Shown here piece by piece: positions 55,865 through 64,000 of a stretch of DNA of 64,000 nt. The stretch spans positions 1-64,000 of the IMG/VR virus record IMGVR_UViG_3300045988_061913, one strand, 5' to 3'. The notes under the pieces were generated by a model, which saw nothing but the letters and a program-made list of their open reading frames with translations, did not search any database and had not been told where the DNA came from. This DNA comes from a virus. Position numbers and translations under genes: made by a program. The number at the start of each line of letters is the position of its first letter. Within the stretch, counting starts at the first letter, position 1.

Positions 55865-56075
55865 TGTAGAAAAACGCTATATTTGGCTAGTTAATCATCT
55901 AATCTGGAATGGCTCTAAGCAGAAAAACGGGGTTTATTGGGTAAAAATAACCAAAGAGAATGCAGCCCTTCTTGAAGAGAAATATGAAGTGTGCGATACT
56001 CGCGCCTTGAAAGGAGGGCTTAAAGTAAATGTTATAAAAATGTGTGATAATTTTATTGTACTTGATACGCGATGA
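55851..56075 (+). CDS. Hypothetical protein (74 aa)
   Basis: ORF in the track. Confidence 0.35.
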   Translation: MKMSDVEKRYIWLVNHLIWNGSKQKNGVYWVKITKENAALLEEKYEVCDTRALKGGLKVNVIKMCDNFIVLDTR

Positions 56076-56563
56076 AATACGAAAAATTTGATATTCTAAA
56101 GAAAGCTAAATATTCTATCGTTCCGAATAATAGAGAGCTGTATGTAGTTTATGTAGAATGTGACGCAAACGATGGTGATTACATGAGAGATACTATTGAA
56201 TTTGATAAAGAATCGTTTGAAGAAGACGAACTTCTCCTATTGGTTTTATCATATGTTAGTAAGTATTCCGGAAGATTTTCTGAGAAAGGATGGAACTCTG
56301 CAGGATATGGGCACCATGTAGATGAAAACAAAGATTTTCCTTGGTTGTCGGAGTATCTATCTGAAAATGATACTCTGATATTCGCTGGAATGTGTGATAT
56401 CATGTGCCATAGCGTATCTCAGATACGTATAGAATATTATGACAACGATGGAAGAAAGAATAAGGTAGAGCTTCCTGATGTAGATAATCTTTTTGAAAAC
56501 AAACAGGAGTTTGTGGATTATTTAAATAGTCTGTACAAACTGTATTATGATGAAATTGAATAA
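56072..56563 (+). CDS. Hypothetical protein (163 aa)
   Basis: ORF in the track. Confidence 0.45.
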   Translation: MKYEKFDILKKAKYSIVPNNRELYVVYVECDANDGDYMRDTIEFDKESFEEDELLLLVLSYVSKYSGRFSEKGWNSAGYGHHVDENKDFPWLSEYLSENDTLIFAGMCDIMCHSVSQIRIEYYDNDGRKNKVELPDVDNLFENKQEFVDYLNSLYKLYYDEIE

Positions 56564-56873
56564 TGGAGGAAAGCTCCCAGACAAGTTTAAAATAGCTAAT
56601 CAAGAAATAACCGTAATCATAGAAGATTCTCTTCCAAATAACGATTACGGTTATTTTTGTGATGCTACTAACACTATTAAATTGGCGAGAACAGTAAAGT
56701 CTGAATATGAAGGAAACGTCTCTATGAGTGATGAACAGCTTAGGAATACATTTTATCATGAGCTGTTTCATGTTTTCCAGTTCTATTACAATAATGAATT
56801 TAATGAGATTCAGGCTCAAGTATATGCTAACTTTATGTGTGAATTTATAGAAACTACTGAAGAACCATTTTAA
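56547..56873 (+). CDS. Small HExxH zinc-metallopeptidase-like protein
   Basis: FYHELFHVFQF contains an HExxH motif. Confidence 0.4.
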   Translation: MMKLNNGGKLPDKFKIANQEITVIIEDSLPNNDYGYFCDATNTIKLARTVKSEYEGNVSMSDEQLRNTFYHELFHVFQFYYNNEFNEIQAQVYANFMCEFIETTEEPF

Positions 56874-56884
56874 AAATATAAGAA

Positions 56885-58252
56885 ATGGAGTTATTAAAAA
56901 GTAAGAAAGCCAATGTCAATTATTTGGCAAAGATTGTAGAAATTAAGAATTTTAGACAACACAGTAACCCAGAAGTAACTAGACTTAAGTGTTGCACCAT
57001 CGATGGATTTAACATTATTACTGGTATTGATTCCCAGCCAGGATTGTATGTTTATTTCCCAACTGCTTGTTGCATTAATCCTGATTTTCTAAGGTATTGC
57101 AACTTGTATAGACATAAGGAGTTGAACAACGACCCAGAACAAACTGGTATGTTTGAAGACAATGGTAGAGTCAAAGCTATTAGACTTAAAAATGAACTGT
57201 CGGAAGGTTTTATTATGCCCATTATACAGTTCCAAAACTACATAATGTCCGTAACTAATAAAGAGATAGAAATTGAAGTAGGAACTGAATTTGATATTGT
57301 AGAACATGAAGGCAAAGAATTTTGGATTAACAAGAAGTACATCCCTAAGAGACAGCAAGGACAAGGTGGCACACCACGTAACAACCAAACGAAGAAGGTC
57401 AAAGGAATCAGCAAGGTCATTGATGAACAATTTAGATTCCACTACGACACAACTCTTATTAAGAAATATCCTAATGTAATTCATCCAAATGATTTAATCA
57501 GTATTACTGAGAAAATTCACGGAACTTCTGGTATATCAGCTTATGTGCTTTGTAAACAAGACCTGAACTGGAAACAGAAAATCGCTAAATGGCTTACTGG
57601 AGAAGAGTTCAATAAGTATGACTATTTGTATGCTTCTAGAACGGTAATAAAGAATCAGTTCTATAATAAGAATGTTACTCCTGGATTCTACGGGTGTGAC
57701 GTTTGGGCGGAAGCTGATAAAATAGTTAAACCTTGCTTGTCTAAAGGTATGACTGCATATTATGAAATCGTTGGTTTCTTACCTAATGGTGGCTATATCC
57801 AAAAGAATTATGACTATGGCTGTATACCTCCTAAAGAAGGAGAACAGTATACTCATGAAAAGCACTTTAAAGTGCGAATATATCGTGTAACATTAACTAA
57901 TGTTGATGGTGTAGTTCACGAATTTAGTGCTAGGGAAGTTCAACAATGGTGTGCTAAGGTAGGTCTTATCCCAGTGGAAGAGTGGTATTATGGTACTGCC
58001 AATAGCTTATATCCAGAACTTAACGAAGCTGAGCACTGGAACGAAAATTTCATGGAGAAATTAGCTAACGACGCTAGATTCTATATGGAGCGAACTTCGC
58101 CATCTTGCGATAACAAAGTGCCTCATGAGGGAATAGTTATTAAGATTGAGAATATGAAATCTGAGGCATTTAAGCTTAAATGTTTTAAATTCCTAGATAA
58201 GGAAGGAAAGGAACTTGACAAAGGTGAAACTAATATTGAAGACGAAGCATGA
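56885..58252 (+). CDS. RNA ligase (Rnl2-like nucleotidyltransferase) with a ~200 aa N-terminal extension
   Basis: Motif I EKIHGTS (cf. T4 Rnl2 EKIHGTN), with downstream covalent-nucleotidyltransferase motifs YYEIVGF, HEGIVIKIE (EGxVxK) and FKLK. Confidence 0.6.
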   Translation: MELLKSKKANVNYLAKIVEIKNFRQHSNPEVTRLKCCTIDGFNIITGIDSQPGLYVYFPTACCINPDFLRYCNLYRHKELNNDPEQTGMFEDNGRVKAIRLKNELSEGFIMPIIQFQNYIMSVTNKEIEIEVGTEFDIVEHEGKEFWINKKYIPKRQQGQGGTPRNNQTKKVKGISKVIDEQFRFHYDTTLIKKYPNVIHPNDLISITEKIHGTSGISAYVLCKQDLNWKQKIAKWLTGEEFNKYDYLYASRTVIKNQFYNKNVTPGFYGCDVWAEADKIVKPCLSKGMTAYYEIVGFLPNGGYIQKNYDYGCIPPKEGEQYTHEKHFKVRIYRVTLTNVDGVVHEFSAREVQQWCAKVGLIPVEEWYYGTANSLYPELNEAEHWNENFMEKLANDARFYMERTSPSCDNKVPHEGIVIKIENMKSEAFKLKCFKFLDKEGKELDKGETNIEDEA

Positions 58253-58505
58253 TAATAAGTTATAATGTAGAGGTAGTTAAGAACTACGATGTGAATATCC
58301 CTAAGTTAATCGACCAAGTGGTGAAAACACTTAAGGAAGATGAAGAGGGAGAAGTTGAAGGCTGGATGGATGATACTTAATGAAGCGAGAGATAACATAG
58401 ATTATCATCTGCGGAACTTAGGCTTTCCTGACTCTGATTGTCTAACTGACTATGTCATTGATGATATTTTAGACGAAATGGAGAAAGAGCTAGTAAAACA
58501 AGGAT

Positions 58506-59105
58506 ATGAATGTTAAAGAGTACTTAACTAGTAAAAAGTATGGCAGTTTGCGTTACAAGCTGTCGTACTTTTTTCATAGTAAAATTCCTTTCCTTTCTCC
58601 TGGCTGGAACGAGTATCGTAATCCATGGTATCACTGGTGGAAAGCCAGAAAATACTTTAAACGCCCCAAGGCCCACTTTCTATTTAGAAAGAACTTTTGG
58701 ACATTTGGACTTCCCATAAGAAGAGACTACTATAGTCCGGTGATAGATATAGGATTTCATGCATTAGGATGGAAGGATAAATGGGACAGTCCCAGACACG
58801 AATGGGACCCGATGATTTGTATAACATTTTTCAGAACTTGGCATTTATTATGGATATTTAACTGGGCTACTAAACATAAAAAGGATAGTATTACTGGCAG
58901 CATGGCTACTTGGGAAGCTATTCTAGACTATACTAGATATGATAAATCTCTAAGCTATGTAGTAGACAATCATATATGGTCGTATGACCGTGATGGTGAA
59001 AAGGTTTATATTAGTATAGTACCTAATATGACTAGAGAAGGACTAAATAAATATTCTGATGAATCCAAACACACTGAGAAAGATACAGAGATTGGAGGCT
59101 GGTGA
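58506..59105 (+). CDS. Hypothetical Trp-rich protein (199 aa)
   Basis: ORF in the track. Confidence 0.4.
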   Translation: MNVKEYLTSKKYGSLRYKLSYFFHSKIPFLSPGWNEYRNPWYHWWKARKYFKRPKAHFLFRKNFWTFGLPIRRDYYSPVIDIGFHALGWKDKWDSPRHEWDPMICITFFRTWHLLWIFNWATKHKKDSITGSMATWEAILDYTRYDKSLSYVVDNHIWSYDRDGEKVYISIVPNMTREGLNKYSDESKHTEKDTEIGGW

Positions 59106-59355
59106 ATCGTTTATAACAAGCGAGCCGGGAAATTCAATGCTCCCTCTGTATAAGAGCAATGAAAAGCATCTTGTCACTCCTATAAGGTGGCAAGAATGTA
59201 ATGTTGGAGATGTAGTATTTTGTAAAGTTAGAGGCGCTTGCGTTACTCATAAAGTATACGCGATAGACTCAAACAAAGGATGCCTTATTGGAAATAACAA
59301 AGGGCATATGAATGGATGGACTAAAAATGTTTACGGATTAGCTCATAAGATATGA
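59059..59355 (+). CDS. S24-family (LexA/UmuD-like) serine peptidase domain protein, standalone
   Basis: GNSMLP is the Ser nucleophile motif (cf. GDSM). VGDVVF...VTHKVY supplies a candidate general-base Lys. The start is uncertain and overlaps the upstream ORF by 46 nt. Confidence 0.45.
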   Translation: MNPNTLRKIQRLEAGESFITSEPGNSMLPLYKSNEKHLVTPIRWQECNVGDVVFCKVRGACVTHKVYAIDSNKGCLIGNNKGHMNGWTKNVYGLAHKI

Positions 59356-60047
59356 AAATATGTGCAATAAGTGATTTACATGGATTTCTAATTGATTATA
59401 TAGAGCCATGTGAACTTGTTTTAATATGTGGAGATATTGTTCCTCTTTATATGCAGAGAAACAAGCCACAGTGTGAGAAGTGGTTGAAGACTGTATTTGC
59501 AGATTGGATTAAATCATTGCCGTGTAAGAAGGTAGTATTTACAGCTGGAAACCATGATTTTGTTTTTGAAAATAGGGATTTTCTTTGGAATAACTCTGTG
59601 ATTAAATTTCCTACAGAAGGAAAAGCTGAATTTCTTGATAATTCTCATCTAGACTATCTAAGTGATGAAGGAAAGGTATATAGAATTTATGGAACTCCGG
59701 CCTGCCATGAATTTGGTAATTGGGCTTTCATGTATTCTGATGAGAAACTGGAAGAAATCTATTCACATATCCCAGGAAATTGCGATATATTGATTAGTCA
59801 TGATGCTCCCGCATTAAATGATTGTGGTATGATTCCACCTGGTAGGTGGAGTTCTACTCCCATAAATGCAGGAAATGAGGTCTTGGCTAAGGCTATTATA
59901 GATAAGAAACCGAAGTATGCTTTTTGTGGACATATCCACGAAGGAAATCATTGGCTACTAGATGCAGGCGAGACAAAGACCGCCAATGTATCTATTCTCG
60001 ATGACTCTTACGATATTAATTATGAACCTTTATATTTGGATATTTAA
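59352..60047 (+). CDS. Calcineurin-like metallophosphoesterase (second copy)
   Basis: Motifs DLHG, GDIVP, GNHDF and GHIHEG. Confidence 0.6.
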   Translation: MKICAISDLHGFLIDYIEPCELVLICGDIVPLYMQRNKPQCEKWLKTVFADWIKSLPCKKVVFTAGNHDFVFENRDFLWNNSVIKFPTEGKAEFLDNSHLDYLSDEGKVYRIYGTPACHEFGNWAFMYSDEKLEEIYSHIPGNCDILISHDAPALNDCGMIPPGRWSSTPINAGNEVLAKAIIDKKPKYAFCGHIHEGNHWLLDAGETKTANVSILDDSYDINYEPLYLDI

Positions 60048-60185
60048 TACTATTCTGGTCTATATATTTGGAGGATTAGTATTGTCATTAGTAATAGTTG
60101 GAATTTATGAGATAATACAGGAAGAAAAGGACTTCCTTGAAACCTACGGGTCTAGATTCATTTGTAAATATTAAAAATTAATCAA

Positions 60186-60428
60186 ATGGAACAAGCTGTA
60201 TTTCAAAGAATGTTGGGAGAATTTAACGAAGTTAATGAACGTGCTGTTAAGCTCAGAGATTTTATCCTAGGGGATAAGTTCAAGGAGGTTAACAACCTTA
60301 ATAAAGACTTACTAGTCGCCCAACTAAAAGCAATGGAAGCATATATATCAGTACTATCTATTCGTATTGGTCTTAATGCTCCTAAAGATGAAATTTCAGA
60401 AGCCCAGGTTGTAAAAGAAGGTGAGTAA
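60186..60428 (+). CDS. Hypothetical protein (80 aa)
   Basis: ORF in the track. Confidence 0.4.
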   Translation: MEQAVFQRMLGEFNEVNERAVKLRDFILGDKFKEVNNLNKDLLVAQLKAMEAYISVLSIRIGLNAPKDEISEAQVVKEGE

Positions 60429-61266
60429 AAAAATCATTTTCACAGACCGTTTTGACTCACTGTTGACGAGTTATCTCAGGGATATATCTAAATATAAGAT
60501 TTTAGATAGTACTGAGGTAACTCGTCTCATTTGTGAGGCTCAAAAAGGAGATGATGTTGCTAGAGAACAAGTCATAAAATCAAATCTTAGGTTTGTTGTG
60601 ACTATCGCCAAGCAATTTCAGAATAGAGGTATTCCTTTAATGGATTTAATCTCTAGTGGAAATGAAGGATTAATGAAAGCTATTGATAAGTTTGACCCAG
60701 AAAGAGGAGTTACATTCTTGTCATATGCTGTATGGTGGATTAGACAAAGTATCTATAATTCTATATATTGGCAAGCACGAGAAATTCGTCTTCCAATGTC
60801 TCAGCAATTATTGGTAATAAGTATACTCGATGCAACTAATAAATTCTTGCAATCGCATGATAGAAATCCAAGTTCCGAAGAAATATCAGAAATGACTGAT
60901 ATTCCTAGGGAGCAAATTGACTATCTAGCACAGTTTTCTAATAAGTTAGTTTCTGTGGACGATTTCATAGGAGGAGATGAAGAAAACAGTCAAGTCTGTG
61001 ATATTATTCCAGATGGTGAAGATCCCCTTGACGAACAAGTAAATAAAAGCTATGTAACTAAAGAGCTAGAGAATCTACTTTCTAAATTAACAATTAGAGA
61101 GCATGATTTAATCTGTATGCTATTTGGTATAGGAATGGCTCCGGTCAATCCTAAAATTATAGCTGATATGTACGGTGTTGGAGGAGAAAGAATAAGACAG
61201 ATAAAGGAGGGAGCTTTAGCTAAATTAAGACGTAGATTTTCTAATCAACTTAAAAATTTAATGTAA
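60421..61266 (+). CDS. Sigma-70 family RNA polymerase sigma factor
   Basis: Region 2 LRFVVTIAKQFQNRGIPLMDLISSGNEGLMKAIDKFDPERGVTFLSYAVWWIRQSI and region 4 HTH LTIREHDLICMLFG...ERIRQIKEGALAKLRR. Confidence 0.75.
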   Translation: MSKKIIFTDRFDSLLTSYLRDISKYKILDSTEVTRLICEAQKGDDVAREQVIKSNLRFVVTIAKQFQNRGIPLMDLISSGNEGLMKAIDKFDPERGVTFLSYAVWWIRQSIYNSIYWQAREIRLPMSQQLLVISILDATNKFLQSHDRNPSSEEISEMTDIPREQIDYLAQFSNKLVSVDDFIGGDEENSQVCDIIPDGEDPLDEQVNKSYVTKELENLLSKLTIREHDLICMLFGIGMAPVNPKIIADMYGVGGERIRQIKEGALAKLRRRFSNQLKNLM

Positions 61267-61589
61267 TGAAATTCGGAGAAATATTGTCTAAGTTACAAGA
61301 GGGAAAAGTAGTAAGAAGGAAAGTATTTCAGAGCAATCTGGTGATATTTATGCAGATACCTGCAATGATTTCTGGAGATGGAATACCTGCCATGCGTTCT
61401 ATCCCTGATGATATGAAAGCTCTTATGTGTAGTTACGGTGTAGGTATTACATACCATGACCAGTTTATCATGTATGACTTTTCTGATAGGACTTGTACTT
61501 ACTATCCTTTTGATGGTGAAGATATAAACGCAGATGATTGGGAAGTAGTTGATCCTTTAACTTATGACCCATATGACGACTTTAGATAA
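61266..61589 (+). CDS. Hypothetical protein (107 aa)
   Basis: ORF in the track. Confidence 0.4.
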   Translation: MKFGEILSKLQEGKVVRRKVFQSNLVIFMQIPAMISGDGIPAMRSIPDDMKALMCSYGVGITYHDQFIMYDFSDRTCTYYPFDGEDINADDWEVVDPLTYDPYDDFR

Positions 61590-61824
61590 TTATCCAATGG
61601 GTGCAGCTAATGACCCTAGAGCACCTTACAATGAACCACCACCTACTAAGGTTAAGGTAGAAGTAGGAGTTGAATTAGGGTTATTTGTAGATGTAGAAGT
61701 AATAGATGAAGATGATATTAAAGGTGCAGTTGAAGAAGCTATTTATAATAGGTTCAAATCCAAAGATGTTGAAATAAATAACATCGAAATCTATCAACAT
61801 GATTTATTTAGTAAGTCGGAATAA
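61564..61824 (+). CDS. Hypothetical protein (86 aa)
   Basis: ORF in the track. Confidence 0.35.
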   Translation: MTHMTTLDNYPMGAANDPRAPYNEPPPTKVKVEVGVELGLFVDVEVIDEDDIKGAVEEAIYNRFKSKDVEINNIEIYQHDLFSKSE

Positions 61825-63988
61825 AACTTTATTTGGGTCTACAAAATACAAAGAAGTAAGTTTCGAAGAGGCAATGAAAATATTGTTGCCTCTTTCTTTA
61901 GTTCAATTTGATACTGAAACTAAGGGGTTAGATGCGCATACTAAGGAGTTACTAACTGTGCAACTAGGTTGCAAAGAAAATCAAGTTGTCTTTGACTGGA
62001 CAACTATGTCAGCAGAAGAGAAAGCTGAGGTAAAGAATTATTTTGAGTCTGATAGAGTATTTCTTGGATGGAATTTAATGTTTGACTTAGGGTTTTTATA
62101 TGTGCAGGATATTTGGCCAAATTATATCTGGGATGGTATGATTGCCGAGAAATTACTTTGGTTAGGCTATCCAGCTAATATAAGAGAAATGAGTTTGAAA
62201 GCAGCTGCATGGAATTATCTAAACTATGACTTAGATAAATCTGTTCGAGGCAAGATTATAAATGATGGTCTTACTGAAGATGTAGTAGTCTATGCTGCAG
62301 GAGACGTAATGTGGCTAGAAGACATTAAAGAAAAACAAGAAATAGAGCTTGCTAAGCAAGAATTAAATCTTGCTATGAAACTTGAGTGTGAGTTTATCAA
62401 GAGTCTTGCTTATTTCAAGCATTGCGGCGTTCATTTAGATGTCGTAAAATGGAGAAATAAGATGGCTAAAGACCTTGTTAAACTGAAGAATGCTGAGCAA
62501 GAACTAAACGATTGGGTAGTTCAATGGGATTCTGAAAAGAGACATGAGCATGACGGATGGGATATTAAATATCCAGAATTGGAATTTTATAACCTTATGG
62601 AAATAGAGGATGAAGTAGCTAGACTACTAAAAGAGAAATATGTCCGATGCCCTCAAGAAGACCTTGAAACACCAGACGGAAAGGTTAAAGCTTATAGAAA
62701 AAGAGTAATAAGTCAATTTACTAAGGTAGATAATCAAGGTGATTTATTTAATGGCTTTGATACCAAGCCTAAGTGTACAATTAACTGGAGTAGCTCTCAA
62801 CAAGTTATTAAATTATTTGAATTACTAGGAATTAAAGTCGAGACATTTGATAAGCAAACTAAGAAGGAAAAGAAATCTGTTGAAGCTAAGCTTCTAGCTC
62901 CACAGGCTAAAGATTTCCCGATTATTCCTATCTATCTAAAATATCAGGAAGCTGCAAAAGTGGTTTCTACTTATGGGGAGAACTGGTTGAAGGCAATTAA
63001 CCCTAAGACTGGAAGAATCCATGTAGATTTTCACTCACTAGGAACTGATACAGCTAGAGTAAGTTCTGGAGGAGGAGTATATAAACTTAATCTACAGAAT
63101 TTACCTCATGACAAGGAAACTAGAGCATGTTTTACTGCAGAGAAAGGTAATAAGTGGATTTCTGCGGATTATCAGTCTCAAGAAAGTAGAATCATTGCTT
63201 CTGTATCTAAGGACGAGGCTATGATTGAACTATTTGAACATGGCTGTGGGGATGTTCATAGTCTAGTAGCTAAAATGTCTTATCCGAATATTATCCCTAG
63301 AGACTGCCCTATAGAGGATATAGCTAAATTATATCATGCCCAAAGACAGGATGCTAAAGGTATTGAATTTGCCATCAATTATGGAGGCGATGCAAATACT
63401 ATAGCTAATAACAAGGGGCTACCGTTGTCAGAAGCTCAAGAAATCTATGATAACTTTATGAAGGGTTTCCCTGGAGTAAAACAGTATCAAGATTATTGTA
63501 GAATGACGGTAATGAGGGATGGTTATATTCTGTTAAATCCCATAACTAAGCATAGAGCACATATATATGATATTGATGACCTCTGGCGGATTTCTAAGAA
63601 GTTCAATGACCCAGAGTTCTGGAATTATTACAGAGAAATGAAGAGAGATTCTCCTGGCTGTGATACCGTCCAAGACGTTAAGAGATATTTTCAGAGAAAA
63701 GCAGCATCTGAAAAGCAGTCTATCAATTATCGTATTCAGAACAGGGGAGCAATGTGTTTTAAACTTTCCTCTATTAAACTATTTAATTGGATTAAGGAGC
63801 ATAAGCTTCTTAACATTGTTAAGATGTGTGTTCCAGTCCATGACGAGTTTAATCTAGAATGCCCAGAATCTATTGCCGATGAAGTATCTAAGGTATTAGT
63901 TAAATGTATGATAGATGGAGGGAAACCATTCTGTCCTAATGTATTTTTAGGTGCAGATGTTACTGTATCAGATCATTGGATTCATTAA
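61799..63988 (+). CDS. Family A DNA polymerase (PolA-like) with N-terminal 3-prime to 5-prime exonuclease domain
   Basis: Exo I QFDTETKGL and Exo III YAAGDV, then polymerase motif A DYQSQESRIIA, motif B RQDAKGIEFAINYG and motif C PVHDEF. Confidence 0.85.
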   Translation: MIYLVSRNKTLFGSTKYKEVSFEEAMKILLPLSLVQFDTETKGLDAHTKELLTVQLGCKENQVVFDWTTMSAEEKAEVKNYFESDRVFLGWNLMFDLGFLYVQDIWPNYIWDGMIAEKLLWLGYPANIREMSLKAAAWNYLNYDLDKSVRGKIINDGLTEDVVVYAAGDVMWLEDIKEKQEIELAKQELNLAMKLECEFIKSLAYFKHCGVHLDVVKWRNKMAKDLVKLKNAEQELNDWVVQWDSEKRHEHDGWDIKYPELEFYNLMEIEDEVARLLKEKYVRCPQEDLETPDGKVKAYRKRVISQFTKVDNQGDLFNGFDTKPKCTINWSSSQQVIKLFELLGIKVETFDKQTKKEKKSVEAKLLAPQAKDFPIIPIYLKYQEAAKVVSTYGENWLKAINPKTGRIHVDFHSLGTDTARVSSGGGVYKLNLQNLPHDKETRACFTAEKGNKWISADYQSQESRIIASVSKDEAMIELFEHGCGDVHSLVAKMSYPNIIPRDCPIEDIAKLYHAQRQDAKGIEFAINYGGDANTIANNKGLPLSEAQEIYDNFMKGFPGVKQYQDYCRMTVMRDGYILLNPITKHRAHIYDIDDLWRISKKFNDPEFWNYYREMKRDSPGCDTVQDVKRYFQRKAASEKQSINYRIQNRGAMCFKLSSIKLFNWIKEHKLLNIVKMCVPVHDEFNLECPESIADEVSKVLVKCMIDGGKPFCPNVFLGADVTVSDHWIH

Positions 63989-64000
63989 CGAATAAGGGGC

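Overview
The window is a 64 kb fragment of a large AT-rich dsDNA bacteriophage genome (Caudoviricetes-like). Every credible gene is on the + strand and packed with 1-4 nt overlaps; the minus-strand ORFs in the track look like shadow ORFs. There is essentially no Shine-Dalgarno sequence upstream of genes, which together with an OmpA-type outer-membrane protein suggests a Bacteroidota-type host (inference). Bases 12-45 are an Illumina Nextera adapter, a library artefact. The first ~17 kb is a tRNA island with at least 18 reasonably canonical tRNAs and several aberrant tRNA-like elements. Interspersed in it are small ORFs, an NfeD-like/flotillin (SPFH) operon, an AAA+ ATPase and an HNH endonuclease. 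The 17-35 kb region holds a glucosaminidase-type lysin, RNase HI, an OmpA-family protein, a decayed GIY-YIG homing endonuclease, a ~440 nt structured noncoding region and an NAD salvage cluster (NadV, a frame-shifted HAD gene, a Prs-like PRPP synthetase). The 35-64 kb region is a replication and nucleotide-metabolism module: SF2 helicase, DnaB-like helicase, Sak4-like ATPase, primase, HAD nucleotidase, NrdD/NrdG, two metallophosphatases, NMN adenylyltransferase, dUTPase, ATP-dependent DNA ligase, an Rnl2-like RNA ligase, an S24-like peptidase, a sigma-70 factor and a family A DNA polymerase. No capsid, tail, terminase, integrase or CRISPR features are present. All coordinates and fold assignments were derived by eye, so tRNA boundaries may be off by 1-2 nt.
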